A stretch of DNA of 63,340 nucleotides, counting the filler, from Octopus bimaculoides (taxonomy: Eukaryota): the NCBI RefSeq assembly GCF_001194135.2. It is 3 parts of 3 records of this genome, joined end to end, with 100 filler letters (N's around TTAATTAATTAA, not from the genome) between each part and the next. Parts side by side here need not be neighbours in the genome. Positions count along the whole stretch, not along the records: positions 1 to 29,645 come from NC_069000.1; positions 29,746 to 61,417 come from NC_068997.1; 1 more part is not named here. One strand, given 5' to 3'. The position numbers and the translations under genes were made by a program. Each line of letters starts with the position of its first letter. The first letter of the stretch is position 1. This document shows, one piece after another, positions 26,901 through 39,699 of the stretch. A model generated the notes under the pieces. That model ran no database searches, was not told where the DNA came from, and was given only the letters and a program-made list of their open reading frames with translations.

Positions 26901-28030
26901 TGATGAGATACTCGCATGGTAGAAATCAAAGACGTTGACTGACTGAGGTGCTTGATTTATACAATGTAATGTTTATTTGTACAACGTGTACAAATTAGTC
27001 ACATGTAACAATACGTAAGTCTTCCAACCATCGAAGGATCTTCTACGAGTTCATTGAACATAGTTTAGAAATATCAGCCAAGCTTCCCTAAAAATCATAC
27101 TTTAAATACAGAAGTATACATCGCATAATGAAGTTCCCGATATGCAGAAAGACAGTATAGTCACCGTTAGAACAGCTTTGATCATAGATATAATGAATTC
27201 GTGTCAGCTCAGAGTTCAACAGCAAGACGTCACAACAGATCCAAGCTTGGTCTGCATTCATGTTTGGACGAATAGCTCATAACTCAGCAATTACTTGCGC
27301 GTCTATATTCGAGTGCGTGTATGTTTGTTATAAGGAGTGTATATGCGAGTACGCATGTATTAATGTATGTATCTGTGTTGTGCGTGCATATGTCTGCATA
27401 TATGCGTGTGGTGTTGAGTAACTGTATGCATATGTCTGTGTTTGAATGCGTATGTGGATATATGAGTTGTTCTGTGAGTATAAGATTGTGTAGTTGGTAT
27501 TCGGCTTCGGGTCAGTCACGATCGAATAGATATATGACCAAAAGCTTTTCAACCGTGGCTATCCCGTTTGTTTCGTCTTTGCAAGGAAAAATGGCTGCAT
27601 TATACAATCTGGGCAATTTTTTTAAACCACCACTGATACTTGGAATATTACTTTGAACGTATGAAACAAGATCTAACTAAAAGTCTGAAAACAAGTATAG
27701 ACGTTTAGTACAAACTTACGAAAATGCTTTGGGTAGACAAAGGTTTAATCATGGTTGTACATTTGTGTGTGCGCGCGTATGTGGGTGTACGTGTATCAGT
27801 TTTCATTATATGTAAAGAAACTTCAAAACCTATTTCCTTCGATTATTGCGCCATTAACGTTGTCATACATACATGGAGTGAGTTTACATTAAAGAGTGGA
27901 GCGTGCACTGGTCGCCTCATTGTCCCAGCAGACAAAATAGAAAAGAGATTGCTTCGGAAGATGGCGAAGGAGATACACTGGAACAGTCACTTTGACTCAT
28001 GGGGCTCGCACTTGCAGACGACCTTGCTGC

Positions 28031-28407
28031 TGGCACTCCGTCGCTTACGACGTCGAGGGTTCCAGTCGATCCGATCAACGGAACAGCCTGCTCGTGAAAT
28101 TAATGTGCAAGTGGCTGAGCACTCCACAGACACGTATACCCTTAACGTAGTTCTCGGGGATATTCAGCGTGACACAGTGTGACAAGGCTGGCCCTTTAAA
28201 TTACAGGCACAACAGAAACAGGAAGAAAGAGTGAGAGAAAGTTGTAGTGGAAGAGTATAGCAGGGTTCGCAACCATCCCCTGCCGGAGCCTCGTGGAGCT
28301 TTAGATGTTTTCGCTCTATAAACACTCACAACGCACGGTCTGGGAATCGAAACCGCGATCCTATGACCGCGAGTCCGCTGCCCTAACCACAAGGCCATTG
28401 CGCCTCC
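28031..28407 (-). mobile_element. SINE family B, full-length CpG-rich copy
   Basis: Complete from the tRNA-like head (28407) to the 3' tail near 28031; matches 11747-12052. Confidence 0.9.
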
Positions 28408-29179
28408 ACGCAGACAACCTACACATAAATAAAAGGACTCAGGGAGAGAAATCAAATTCTGTAAGCCTCCTCAAAATTGGTGAAGTAGTAAAATCTTATG
28501 GGATAGAATGTGGTCAAATTTAAATAAGGCCCAAATTAGTTTTTAAACCAGAATAACTTCAATAAATTAAGAAAAAAAAAAGAAAAAAATAGCGAGCGTA
28601 GTAATGCTTATGTGGAAGGTTTCAATGAAAAGAATCTATTTTTGCAAACGAAATAGAAAATTTTGAAACAGAAGAATATTTATTGCGCAAATTCGTATGT
28701 GATCTCAGATAAATTTAGTGGCATTAAATGTTCAGTTAATAAACTCAAGTAAAAAGTGCAGAGAAGTGAGGCAGCGTTGTTCTGGTCCCAAATTTTGACT
28801 TGTTTTGGATCACTACAAGTTTCAGTTTGGTTCCACCTAGACCCTGTATAGTATCGGTATTTTGAAGGTAGCGTTGGATAGGATAAAATGAATTCCTATT
28901 TTCCAATATTTTGAAAATATATGTATTTAATAAATTACATGCAGGGAGAGGATTTTAGTGTGACTTTTAGGTGCAAAAAAATTGTAGTTTTAGGAGCAAG
29001 TTTAACTGCATAAGGCATATTTTTAAAGATCTTTCATGTTAGGGGCGTAAATGAAAATTAAAAAACAAAAGCGCAGAATTGAAAAGAATCCAAGTCTAGA
29101 AACTGCAAAAATAATTTTGGATATCCTACGTAAACTCTTAGAAAAGGTTATTAAACGTCATTATTATAGATTCCTCAAA

Positions 29180-29395
29180 GCCGGCGAGGTGGCAGAATCA
29201 TTAGTACACCGGACAAAATGCTTGTTGACATTTTGTCTGTCTTTACGTTCCCAGTTAAAATTCCGCATAGTTCGACTTTGTCTTTCACCCTTTCGCGGTC
29301 GATAAAATAAGTACCATTTGAGCATTGTGGTCCATGTAATCGACTTTCCTCTCCCCTAAATCGCTGACTTTGTTCCAAAACTTGAAACTATTATC
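29180..29395 (+). mobile_element. SINE family A copy
   Basis: Family A motifs. Confidence 0.8.
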
Positions 29396-29745
29396 ATAGA
29401 TTTTTCAACAAGATTATTTCTCAACAGCATTATTTAGTTAACTTGTGAAAATAGTATCATAGAAAATAAGATACCTGTAAAAGTAATTGCAAATTGATAA
29501 CTCATTTCGAAAAGTAAACAAAAATTTTAGGGGCTTCCTCGTTTGCAATTTATTTTTTACTCATAATAAAAGTGATATATTTTTTTTTTTTTTTACTGTA
29601 GTTTAATGTTTTTGAAAAATAATTCTTGTAGTTTTTGTACTTTTTNNNNNNNNNNNNNNNNNNNNNNNNNNNNNNNNNNNNNNNNNNNNTTAATTAATTA
29701 ANNNNNNNNNNNNNNNNNNNNNNNNNNNNNNNNNNNNNNNNNNNN

Positions 29746-29800
<55 letters not shown>

Positions 29801-29895
29801 TTTTATGTAATGTTTGTGTGTATATGTATGTATAAATGTAATTCTTTCTGTGTGTGTGCATGCAGCCTTTTCCTCTATATGGAAGGTATTTTTTT

Positions 29896-29936
29896 TTTAT
29901 TAACTGTTGTTAGTTTACTTCTGTTTTGTTTTTATT
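29896..29936 (-). terminator. Candidate polyadenylation signals (AATAAA at 29931-29936 and 29896-29901, minus strand)
   Basis: Lie ~20 and ~55 nt downstream of the TAG of the candidate last exon; AATAAA is common in AT-rich DNA, so support is contextual. Confidence 0.3.
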
Positions 29937-29954
29937 ATTGTTTCAAGCTGCCAG

Positions 29955-30099
29955 CTACTTAAGTGGAGTAAAGTCAATCAAGGTTGTTGATGAACTTCCA
30001 TTCAACTCTGTATTTTGCTGTAGTCTGCTTCCTTGTAAGGGAGGTGAAAGAAAGCGAGCGAAGACATTAGTGCCACTGGTTTGGGCCAGGGTAGTGGCT
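29955..30099 (-). CDS. Candidate terminal coding exon of an unidentified gene: (Q)ATTLAQTSGTNVFARFLSPPLQGSRLQQNTELNGSSSTTLIDFTPLK*
   Basis: Acceptor ...gttggtcattag|A, 145 nt = 1 nt + 47 codons + TAG; phase matches exon 44487-44589; unique sequence among repeats. No homology recognised. Confidence 0.45.
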
Positions 30100-30258
30100 C
30101 TAATGACCAACAGTGTTTATGCAGTTTTATAGACCTCCTTGATCATAATTCAATATTTATCATAATTATTGGGCTTTATTTAATCTTTCATGGTTATATT
30201 TTTAATGACTAGACTTGATAGTGTGTTTCAATTAATTCATCATCATCATCATCATCAT

Positions 30259-30660
30259 CGTTTAACGTCCGCTTTCCATGCTAGCATGGGTTGGACGATT
30301 TGACTGAGGACTGGTGAAACCGGATGGCAACACCAGGCTCCAGTCTGATTTGGCAGAGTTTCTACAGCTGGATGCCCTTCCTAACGCCAACCACTCAGAG
30401 AGTGTAGTGGGTGCTTTTATGTGTCACCCGCACAAAAACGGCCACGCTCGAAATGGTGTCTTTTATGTGCCACCCGCACAAGCCAGTCCAGGGGCACTGG
30501 CAACGATCTCGCTCGAAAATCCTACAGGAGCCAGTCAGGCGGTACTGGCAATGGCCACGCTCAAAATGGTGCATCTCATGTGCCACCCGCACAAGAACCA
30601 GTCCAGGGTCACTGGCAACGATCTTACTTGGCTTGCCGGGTCTTCTCACGCACAGCACAT
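30259..30660 (-). mobile_element. Interspersed retroelement family D ((GAT)n tail, TTAGGAAGGGCATCCAGCTGTAG motif), young copy with internal repeats
   Basis: Near-identical to 61311-61417; older copies at 37180-37430, 37850-38045, 44960-45130, 47960-48180, 52510-52720, 58320-58560. Confidence 0.8.
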
Positions 30661-30929
30661 TTCCTACTTAATATAATCAAAATTTTGGAGGATTGTAGTA
30701 AAACACCTGGAATTTTTAAATATTTGTCTTTTACTTGTTCCAGTCATTAGACTGTGGCCATGCTGGAGCACTGCCTTGGCTGGTTTTAGTTGAACAGACT
30801 GACCCTGATACTTAAGTCTGGTAATTATCACATCAGTCTCTTTTGCTGAACTACTAAGTGACACACCAGTTGTCAAGTAGTGGTGGTGGTGGTGAGAAAC
30901 CGGTGCACGCACGCGCGTGCACACACACA

Positions 30930-31100
30930 CACACACACTTATATACAATGAGCTTCTTTCAGTTTCCATCTACCAAATTCATTCACAAAGCATTGGTTGA
31001 CCTGGGGCTATAGTAGAAGGCACTTGTTCAAGGTGCCACGCAGTGAGACTGAACCTGAAATCCCATGGTTGCAAAGTGGGCTTCTAAGCCACACAGCCAT
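30930..31100 (-). mobile_element. tRNA-derived SINE family C (TGGCTGTGTGG...GGTTCAGT-CCACTGCGTGGCACCTTG)
   Basis: Related copies at 40720-41075(+), 46315-46478(-), 58075-58220(+), 59808-59972(-). Confidence 0.8.
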
Positions 31101-31325
31101 GCCTTTGCCTATGGATATTATTCAGACACAATTAAGTCCAGATTAAACACACCTAAGCTTAAAGGTGAGGCATTCCATCTGTGTTCATTCATTTGTTTTT
31201 TATTATTTATATTTTTTTTTAGAGTCAAAGTATATCCAGCATTACACGAGCCAATGTTCTTTTTTAAGGTGGTCGGTGATAGAGATTTAGCTGCTATTTC
31301 TAGCTGGTTATGTGATTACATAGAC

Positions 31326-31640
31326 CAGTTCTTCTCAACCTTTTTAATATCTGGGCCGGGTCTAAATTCTGGATATTTTAGTCGAGCACACCATAAAGAA
31401 AAAACAAACAAACAAAAAGTTGATTAAAAGAAAAATTTATATTTATAAAGGGAAGACCATAAGAAATAGTAAGGCAATGGAATTTGACATGAAACTTGGA
31501 TTTTGCTTTCAACTTTCAAGTAGTTTGTCAGAATGAGGGCTCATGGTGAATGATGCAGAACACTAAAGCTGGTTGATATGATTGGTCAGTCATTTAGTTG
31601 CAATATTTTGTTTTGATACCCATCGGTTTGCTGAACAGTG

Positions 31641-31690
<50 letters not shown>

Positions 31691-31845
31691 CCTCTCTCTC
31701 TCACACACACATGTTGAACCAAATGCAGAAGCATTTTTCTGTGTATTAGCAATCAAGTTAGGATGTTTCCCCTTTGGGATTCAATTTTTAAAAAAATGGT
31801 CAAGGGCTACCATGTGGCCCCGGGAGCTGTGGTTGAGAACTGCTG
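31326..31845. mobile_element. Charlie-like hAT MITE
   Basis: Ends CAGTTCTTCTCAACC / GGTTGAGAACTGCTG; 8-bp TSD ACATAGAC (31318-31325) / ACATAGAG (31846-31853); interrupts another repeat. Confidence 0.75.
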
Positions 31846-32614
31846 ACATAGAGGCTTGTTGTTCTACTGACACTGATCTACAGATATCTCACAATATCTC
31901 CCATAGTATGAGATTTTGATTGAAATTTTAATTTGACTTTAGAAGAGGTCACAGATGGATTTTTATTAAAAGAGTTAGAAATTTGTCATGAAAAAATAAC
32001 AATTGTTTTTGCTTCATGAATGACATTAAAGACAACTCATTATTAAATTGCTGCTGACAAACACGGTCTAATCTTTTATATATTGCTACCCATCTCCCTT
32101 ATCTCATTATCCAAGTCTGCCTTCATCCACTTCTTCTGTTGCCAGTCGTTCTCTTCTCCCTCCAACTCAGCCTTTTTCCATCATTTAATTGATATTCTAT
32201 CAGTTATGGCAATGAGTATTCCAGTTGATCTGATCAACGGAACAGCTTGCTGCTCATGAAATTTACATGCAAGTGGTTCAGTACCCCGTAGACATGTATA
32301 CCCATTTGTTAAATTAATGTGTAACTGGCTGAGTATTCCATTGACATGTTTTTGTTTTTCTGTGAGTCCCAGAAATTATAAGAATGGATTTAACCTGATT
32401 TCATTGGCATATAAGTGAATAAGATTACAACACTAACCCCCTGAATAGGATGTCAGTCCATCACAAGGTTAACTTCCCAGCTTATTTACAGTTGAGTGGA
32501 CTGGAGCAAAGGGGAAATGAAGTGTTTTTCCCAAGAACACAACGTGCTGCCCAGTCTGTGAATCAAAACCATGATCTTAGGATTGTGAGTGCAACATCCT
32601 AACCACCAGGCCAT

Positions 32615-34900
32615 GTGCCTTCACAAACTCTTCACATAATTCTTAGGCTGAATCTCCATGACCAAGTCGAACCTTTGAATCAAATGTTCCGTCTCTTTGA
32701 TGGACATCCACCTCTATTTACCCATTGTCACTCAAAAGTCTTGGACATGTCCCTTCCTCCTGAAACAACAGAACAGACATTCCAAATTGGTCAGGTGAGT
32801 ACTAGGACCAGGTTTGATGGTCAAACATTTTTATATATTACAAGCGGTGTACCTGTTTGTGACCCTTGGCCATCCTTTCTGGAATAGCTTCCTTTCAGTT
32901 CATTTTTGAGTGAGACTGGCCATTTCGCTTGTAATCTTATCCCTGGAAGTCTGGATTGAACCAAAACCCAGATAATTTAACTAGTCTGACATGGGACCAC
33001 CGATATGGATTCGATTCTCTGGGTGCCAATTTGGAAGCCCACTGATTTCTCTGTGTCAATCCTTCTTCCTGTTACCACTTTATATTCCTTTCGAATGATG
33101 ATTGCCCCTTTGACTTTTCATGATGTTGAGCACTGCTATAATGATGTTGCCTGATACAGTTCTCTCACTTCCCATTCAAACAGGATGCTCTTCAACACTT
33201 CCAGTTGCCACAGCAGGTTTGAGAATCACTACATACAGAAAGGATGAGAGAGTATCTTTGACTGATTGAGTATATGATTGAAATAAGTTCCAACAGATGT
33301 CCATTTAGTCAAACAACCGAACAGATGCTGCTGTATATTGAAGCAATCCAGCCTTTTGAAAACAGGACTGAAACAGGCTGCTGTGAGGACAGCTGCCAAA
33401 TAACAGTAAATGATCTTATCAAAAGCTTTTAATTGATCCATATTGATTAGAGTCCCACTGAAACCAAGATTGTTACCCATCCTTTCTACAATGTTGGAGG
33501 TCATGCATAAATCTGCCTGGGATCATGTAAGTTTCCACACTCACAATCACTACTGACCAGTGCCAATCTCTGTTAGCACGTTTGCGAAAATCTTGAGCTC
33601 TGAATTCTCTGAAGAGTTATAGGTTACAGATTATTAATAATGTTCTTGTTTACATCCTTCCTCAACGATGCTACTGCTTCTCGGCTCACAGAACTAGGAA
33701 TTCTCCTATTCTGTTTCCAGATGTTTTGACAAAGCAGTCTTGCATCTATATATATGTATATGTAAAGCTTGTAAGGCACTCTATTCAAACCAGTTAATTT
33801 AACCCTTGCACAATTATGTAATGCTAACATATTTTAGCTTCAGTCATTGTCATTTTGCAGCAGCCTTTGCTCTGAGTGATGCAGCATGCTGTCAAGGTAG
33901 GCACTGCTGCTTGTCTCTCGAGTCCACCATTTGCCTTGAACAGTTGAGTAAAATGCACCTGGAAAACTGCACTCATCTGATTGAAATCAAATAACATGAG
34001 TCTGTCCTCCTTCATCAGTGACCAGATGGTGTCATAGCTACCACATCGTAACTCTGCCATCTCAGTCCATTTGAATGGCTTTCATTCTTTTGTTTTATGA
34101 CACATGAATCTTAGCTCTAACAATACAACTTTCATGTCTTGTATTGAAGAGATAAATTGCTCAGCAGCGTTCTCAGCAGTTTGCACATTGGCTGGAATGC
34201 TTTTCTTAATTTCCTCTTCTAATTTGCTCCAAAGCTTCCACTCTTGTCTATTTTTCTTTATTGCTAATTCTTTGCTTAATCCTATTGATCTACTTTAATC
34301 ACCCCCTTTCAGAGTACTTCACCACTAGATGTTGACTCTCATTGAAACAAAACTACAAAATTTGTAATGGTCCAATAGATGACTGATATTATTTTACTGA
34401 AGTAATGTAAAGCAAACTATTGATCTCAGTTCAATCAATTCCATGTCTGATTGATGCTTTATTTTTATCAATCACTAGAAGATGAACTGCAAAGTTGACC
34501 TTAATAGGCATTGGAACTGAAAATGTGTGAAAGGACACAACTGAATACTGCCAGTTACTACTTAACTGATACCCTTGCTGTTTTGGCCAATCCACCCCTT
34601 TTTAATTATGTCAATGGAATACATGAATAAGCCTAAATAAGCTTAAGTAAGGTTTACAGAGATGGGAAAATTTCTTCATGTCAAACTGGATTCTAAAATG
34701 CCAAATTGGCATTAAGTTTAAGCAGCCTTTGTAATGACCAATAATCTCTGTGTGAGTTTGAAGCGGAATAAGGTGTGGGGCATACTGGTTTAACTGGTGG
34801 GGTGGGGTTAGAAATGTTTGCCATTATACAATGAAAGCAATCAAGACGTGAGCGCTTGTCATCAGTTAGCTGTCTTGTTGCAAAGGAGAGAAATATTAAC
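32615..34900 (-). mobile_element. Decayed Tx1/L1-clade LINE ORF2
   Basis: GTLINMDQLKAFDKI (ORF 33229..33504) is homologous to the RT fragment at 23062-23604; YWSLQRLLKLNA (34693..34902) resembles the post-endonuclease YWKLNA motif; many stops and frameshifts. Confidence 0.75.
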
Positions 34901-35972
34901 AAGTTGACAGAAGCTGTCTTCTACGTTATTACACAATGCATGTCACTATTCACTCTATCCTTCTACTTAAAAATAAACAGCAAATGATAAAAAAAAGGTT
35001 TAATCTGAACTTCCATCTGGGGAGGGAAGACTGCTTATAATAATATATTTGACCAACAATTTGCTTTTTGATTGTTTTCAATTTAATTTTATTTTTATGT
35101 AATTTGTATTTTCTTTTTTAATTGTTCCTATTTGTCACTGCACTAACGCAAAAATGACTTGAATATTTCACACAAAAAAACACACACCTTAGCTTTGTTT
35201 GTTATTTCAAATTATATATTCACATTGTACATCCCTTGATTAGTCATAGGAGTTAAATTATTTTATTTTTTTTATTTTTAAGTATTTGATTTTCTATTTC
35301 TTTTCTTCCTACACTTTGTCAGGACAATTTTCAAATACATATTTTTATTTAGCTTGCTTTATTTTTTTATGTATTTCACCTTCTTTATTTCTTTATTCGT
35401 TTATTAAATTTTTATATTCCCTTTACTTTAGTATTTTTTAAATTTGATTTTTAAAAGCATTTCTGGAATTATCATCATCACATTAGTGTAGTACTAGTAG
35501 TATTATTGGTATACTATAAGTTTTATATTATTATTTGAAAATAATAATGAAAAGGACCCGTTCACCTTTTTTTTTTGTTTTTATAAAATAAGTATTAGTT
35601 ATTTAAATGTAGTTTTATTTTAGTTTGTTTTAAGTCCTGTTGAGTATTGTATTTCTTTGCTTGAGGGTGGGGTTGGCGGTTTTTCTATAACAAAAAAAAA
35701 GAAGGCAAAAGAAAGCTCTTAAAATAACCCCTAGAGACAAGTCACATGTACTTCAACACCAACTGTCAACATTCTTCAGTCTCTCCCATGTTCGGCTTGA
35801 AGTCAGGCTTGTTGCTTTCTTTTTTATTCTGTTTCCATGTAAAGTGTGTGTGAGCATATTCATTCTGACCATATCCACATTCTGCATGGGCATTTACAGG
35901 TATTCCAAACATATACATACAGGCAAGCACAATGCATGCGCACACACACACACACATTTGTGTATTTATGTA

Positions 35973-36043
35973 TAGATAGATAAAGACAGGTAGATAGATA
36001 AAGACAGGTAGATAGATAAAGACAGGTAGATAGATAAAGACAG
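35973..36043. repeat. 18-bp tandem repeat (TAGATAGATAAAGACAGG) x ~3.9
   Basis: Units start at 35973, 35991, 36009, 36027. Confidence 0.9.
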
Positions 36044-37464
36044 ACAGAGAGCTAGAGCTGTTACTCAATGAACATTCAACATGTAAAGAGAACACAATAC
36101 CTCTGGTACAAAAAGCACACACACACACACACACACACACAGTGTTTTTGTTTTTTTCTTTTAGTTATCACTTTAGTGGCAAAGCAGTTTACCCAGAGCC
36201 ATAACTAGAAAGAGAAGCAACATTGATGATGTGTGTATCGGTAGTTTTATTTGGTTTTCAGTAAATTATCCTCCTGTGTGAAAAAAATCATCCTCATTAT
36301 CATCACCATCATCATCAGTAATAGTAGTAATGGTGGTGGTGGTGGTGGAGTTGCAGGAAATTATAGAATAGTGGACTACATGTCTTACATCCATTTTTAT
36401 CTTCTGAATTTAAATCCCAGAGGAGTCACCAATATTTGCCTTTCATTGCTCAAGGTTGGTGGGTGTATGGTCAATAAGATAATTTACTGGGCATGTGCAG
36501 GGGGTGGGGTGGCAATACCGCCAATTATGCCCTTCCCACTATCATGTTGTTTTGTGCCAAATAATAATCATAATAATAATAATAAATAATAACAACAATA
36601 ATAATAATGATCCTCATTATTGTTGTTGTTGTTGTTGTTGTTATCAACCTTCCAACCATCCTGTTCCATATTTCCTACAATCTCTACAAGATCATGTTTT
36701 CTCAATTCTCCACAAAATATAAAATTAATTTTCTCAATTTCATTTTGGATATTCTGTAATTTGACTTAAGCTCTGAGAGCAGGGTGGTGGTGGTGGTGGT
36801 GGTGGTGGTGGAGTGTCTGTGTATGTACGAGGGGCGGGAACTGATTGTGGTGGTTGATAGTAGTACAGTGGTGGAGGTGGAGGGTGGCGGAGATGTTTCT
36901 GTAGTTGTGATGGAAGAACTGTATTGGTGAAGCGGTGGTGGTGGTGGTGGTGGTGACGGTTACCTGTTGTGACAGCAGTGGTAAGGCTGGTGACTGGTGG
37001 TATGGTGACATAGGGAGTTAGTGTTGTGGTGGTAGTGTGATGATGATGATGATGACGATGGTGCTGGTGGGGAAATTATAGTGTGAATACTAGTGATTGT
37101 ATGAAAGAAATGTTGATATTAGTTATGAAGATTATCATTATTATTATTAATATTATTATTATTATTATTATTATTATCGACTGGCTTCCATGTCGGTGGC
37201 ACGTAAAAAGCACCAACCGATCGTGGTCGATGCCAGCTCCTGGCCCCTGTGCTGGTGGCGCATAAAAAAGCATCCACTACACTCTCGGAGTGGTTGGCTT
37301 TAGGAAGGGCATCCAGCTGTAGAAACGCTGCCAGATCAGAATGGAGCCTGGTGCAGCCTCCTGTCTTCCCAGACCCCAGTTGAACCGTCTAACCCATGCC
37401 AGCATGGAAAACGGACGTTAAATGATGATGATGATGTTGGTGATGATTATATTTATTATTATGA

Positions 37465-37790
37465 AGATGGTGAGCTGGCAGATCGTTATTGTGCTGGATA
37501 AGATGCTAAGTGACATTTTTCCTGACTTTATGCTCTGAGTTCAAATGCTACCAAGGCTGATTTTGCCTTTCATCTTCTCAGGGTCGATAAAAATAAGTAC
37601 AAGTCTTGCATTGAGGTTGATGTGATTGCGTTATCCCTTACCTCCACAGTTCCTGGCTTTGTGTCAATATTTGAAACCACTGTCGTCACCTTGTGGCATC
37701 TATTCCAGTTCTGCACGTTCTGTGTTCGAATGTAACCGAGGCGGAACTTTGCCTTTCGTCTTTTCTTGGGTCGATAAAATAAAGGACCAG
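37465..37790 (+). mobile_element. Two SINE family A copies, CpG-decayed
   Basis: GATGGTGAGCTGGCAG... versus consensus GGCGGCGAGCTGGCAG; similar decayed copies at 39520-39632, 42160-42290, 51545-51780, 52310-52500, 54762-54975. Confidence 0.75.
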
Positions 37791-39699
37791 GGAAGTGAAG
37801 CCCTTGTCTTTCCCCGATGATCAGCCTCGTGCCTCAGTTAGAAACTCTGCGCTGGTGTCACATAAAAAGCACCTGTACTGGTGCCTTGTAAAGTGGCACT
37901 CAGTATACTCTCTGCTGGGTGCATTTAGAAACCATGCCAAAGCAGTCAACTGGAGCTGGGTGCAGCCCTCCAGCCTTGCCAGCTCCTGTCAAACTGTCCA
38001 ACCCATGCCAGCTTGGAAAACAGTTGTTAAATAATGATGATGATGATAATAATAGTTGTTGTTTTGCTCCAGGTCGGAGGTAGTAGATTGTTATTTGAAG
38101 GATACTTGGCTGATGTTTCTAGTTGGTAAACTAACCATGTAGAGGCTCCTTGTTGACTCATTTTAGTGATAGTTGCTAAGATACCGAATTTATATTTTAT
38201 TTCTCAAAAAAAAATCATTTTGCTTCTTTAATCACTTCTGATGAGCACGAGAGAGAGAGAGAGAGGTGTGTGGGGAGAGAAAATTTCTCTACCTGGACAT
38301 CTCGGTGTATGCGTGTGTGTGTGTGTGTGTGTGTGTGTACGTGTACACATATACTTATATTCATGTCTTTCTAGTGTGTACATAAGTGTCTCCAGATAAA
38401 TGTGGTGTGTGGATATATGTGCTTGTGTGGTTTTGCCAATATGTTTGTATGTGTGTGTTTGTGTGTGTGTGTGTGTATGTATGTACTTTTGCTTGCTTGC
38501 ATGTGTAATGTTATGACAAGAGAGAGAGAGAGAGAGAGAGAGGGAGTTGCTTGTGCAGACATTCCTTCTTGTTTGCTATGGATCATTACAGTATATACAA
38601 AAAAATACAAACATAAACAACCAGCCCAGAATAAGGACCTCCTCACCACCACTTCTGTGTGTGTGTGTGTGTGTCATGGTGAAGACTGTTGCTTTTGCCT
38701 TTCTCTACCGAAACGCTATCATTAATATGGACCTAGCACTATTATTTTCTTCCCTTTATATAAATGTGTGCCTGGTTGAGAGTCCAGTTGGAAAATGTTC
38801 ATTACCCTTTTTTAAAAATTTTTTGTTTATATTTTTACGACTGTACATTCTGATTGATACTGTCTCTTTCTCTCTCTCTTCTCTCTCTCTTCTCTCTCTT
38901 TCTCTCTCTCTTCTCTCTCTTTCTCTCTTCTCTCTCTCTCCTCTCTCTCTCTCTCTTTCTCTCTTCTCTCTCCTTCTCATACACCCACATCCCACCTTCA
39001 CACTGGGCCTCCCAACCAGAGTTTAATTAACGCCCTCTTAGACATGACTCTTTCTTGCTTGATGAAAGCTATGAAACCTTTAACCGACTTTCGGCTGAAG
39101 TGGGTGGATGTGTGTGTGTGTGTGTGTGTGGTGGAGGGGTGAGGTACTGTTGCTTGTTAGAGTTGTTGTGATTGTTGTTGTTCCTGTTAAATAGCATGGT
39201 CGGGCCACTTGTTTCAGCTTGTAACTCGTATAGTAATTTGGGACATAGGTATGGTTTTAGTGCCAATCATAACTCCTGTGCACGAGGTGTGGATGGGAGT
39301 GTGAGACGGTAGTACAATGTAAGAAAGGTAGAGGACTGTTATGGAACGTGTAAAGAAGAAGAAGAAGAAGAAGAAGAAGGCGATGAAGAAGAAGAAGAAG
39401 AAGGAGAAGGAGAAGAAGAACTGTTAGAAATAAAACTATGTACTAGAGTGAGTAGAAAGAAAGTGTGAAAATATAAAAGGAAGCAGAAAAGCCAATGATA
39501 ATAATAATAATAATCCTTTGTGCTAAAGGCACAAGGCTTGAAATTTTTGGGGAGGGGACTAGTTGATTACATTGACCCCAGTGTTTCATTGGTACTTAGT
39601 TTATCAACCATGAACGGATGAAAGGCAAAGTCAACCAATAATACCATCACCACCAACAAAATAGCAACCACAACAGCAATTTTTATTGCCACTCAGGCT

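Noticed and set aside
29690-29701. TTAATTAATTAA island inside an N gap, repeated at 61462-61473
   Set aside because: Identical 12-mer embedded in Ns; most likely a scaffolding spacer, not biology.
29926-30132. Plus-strand ORF with KVVDELP motif behind a T-rich tract
   Set aside because: Similarity to AMP-binding enzymes is too weak; the minus-strand reading fits phase, stop, polyA and CpG-domain evidence better, though a plus-strand exon is not excluded.
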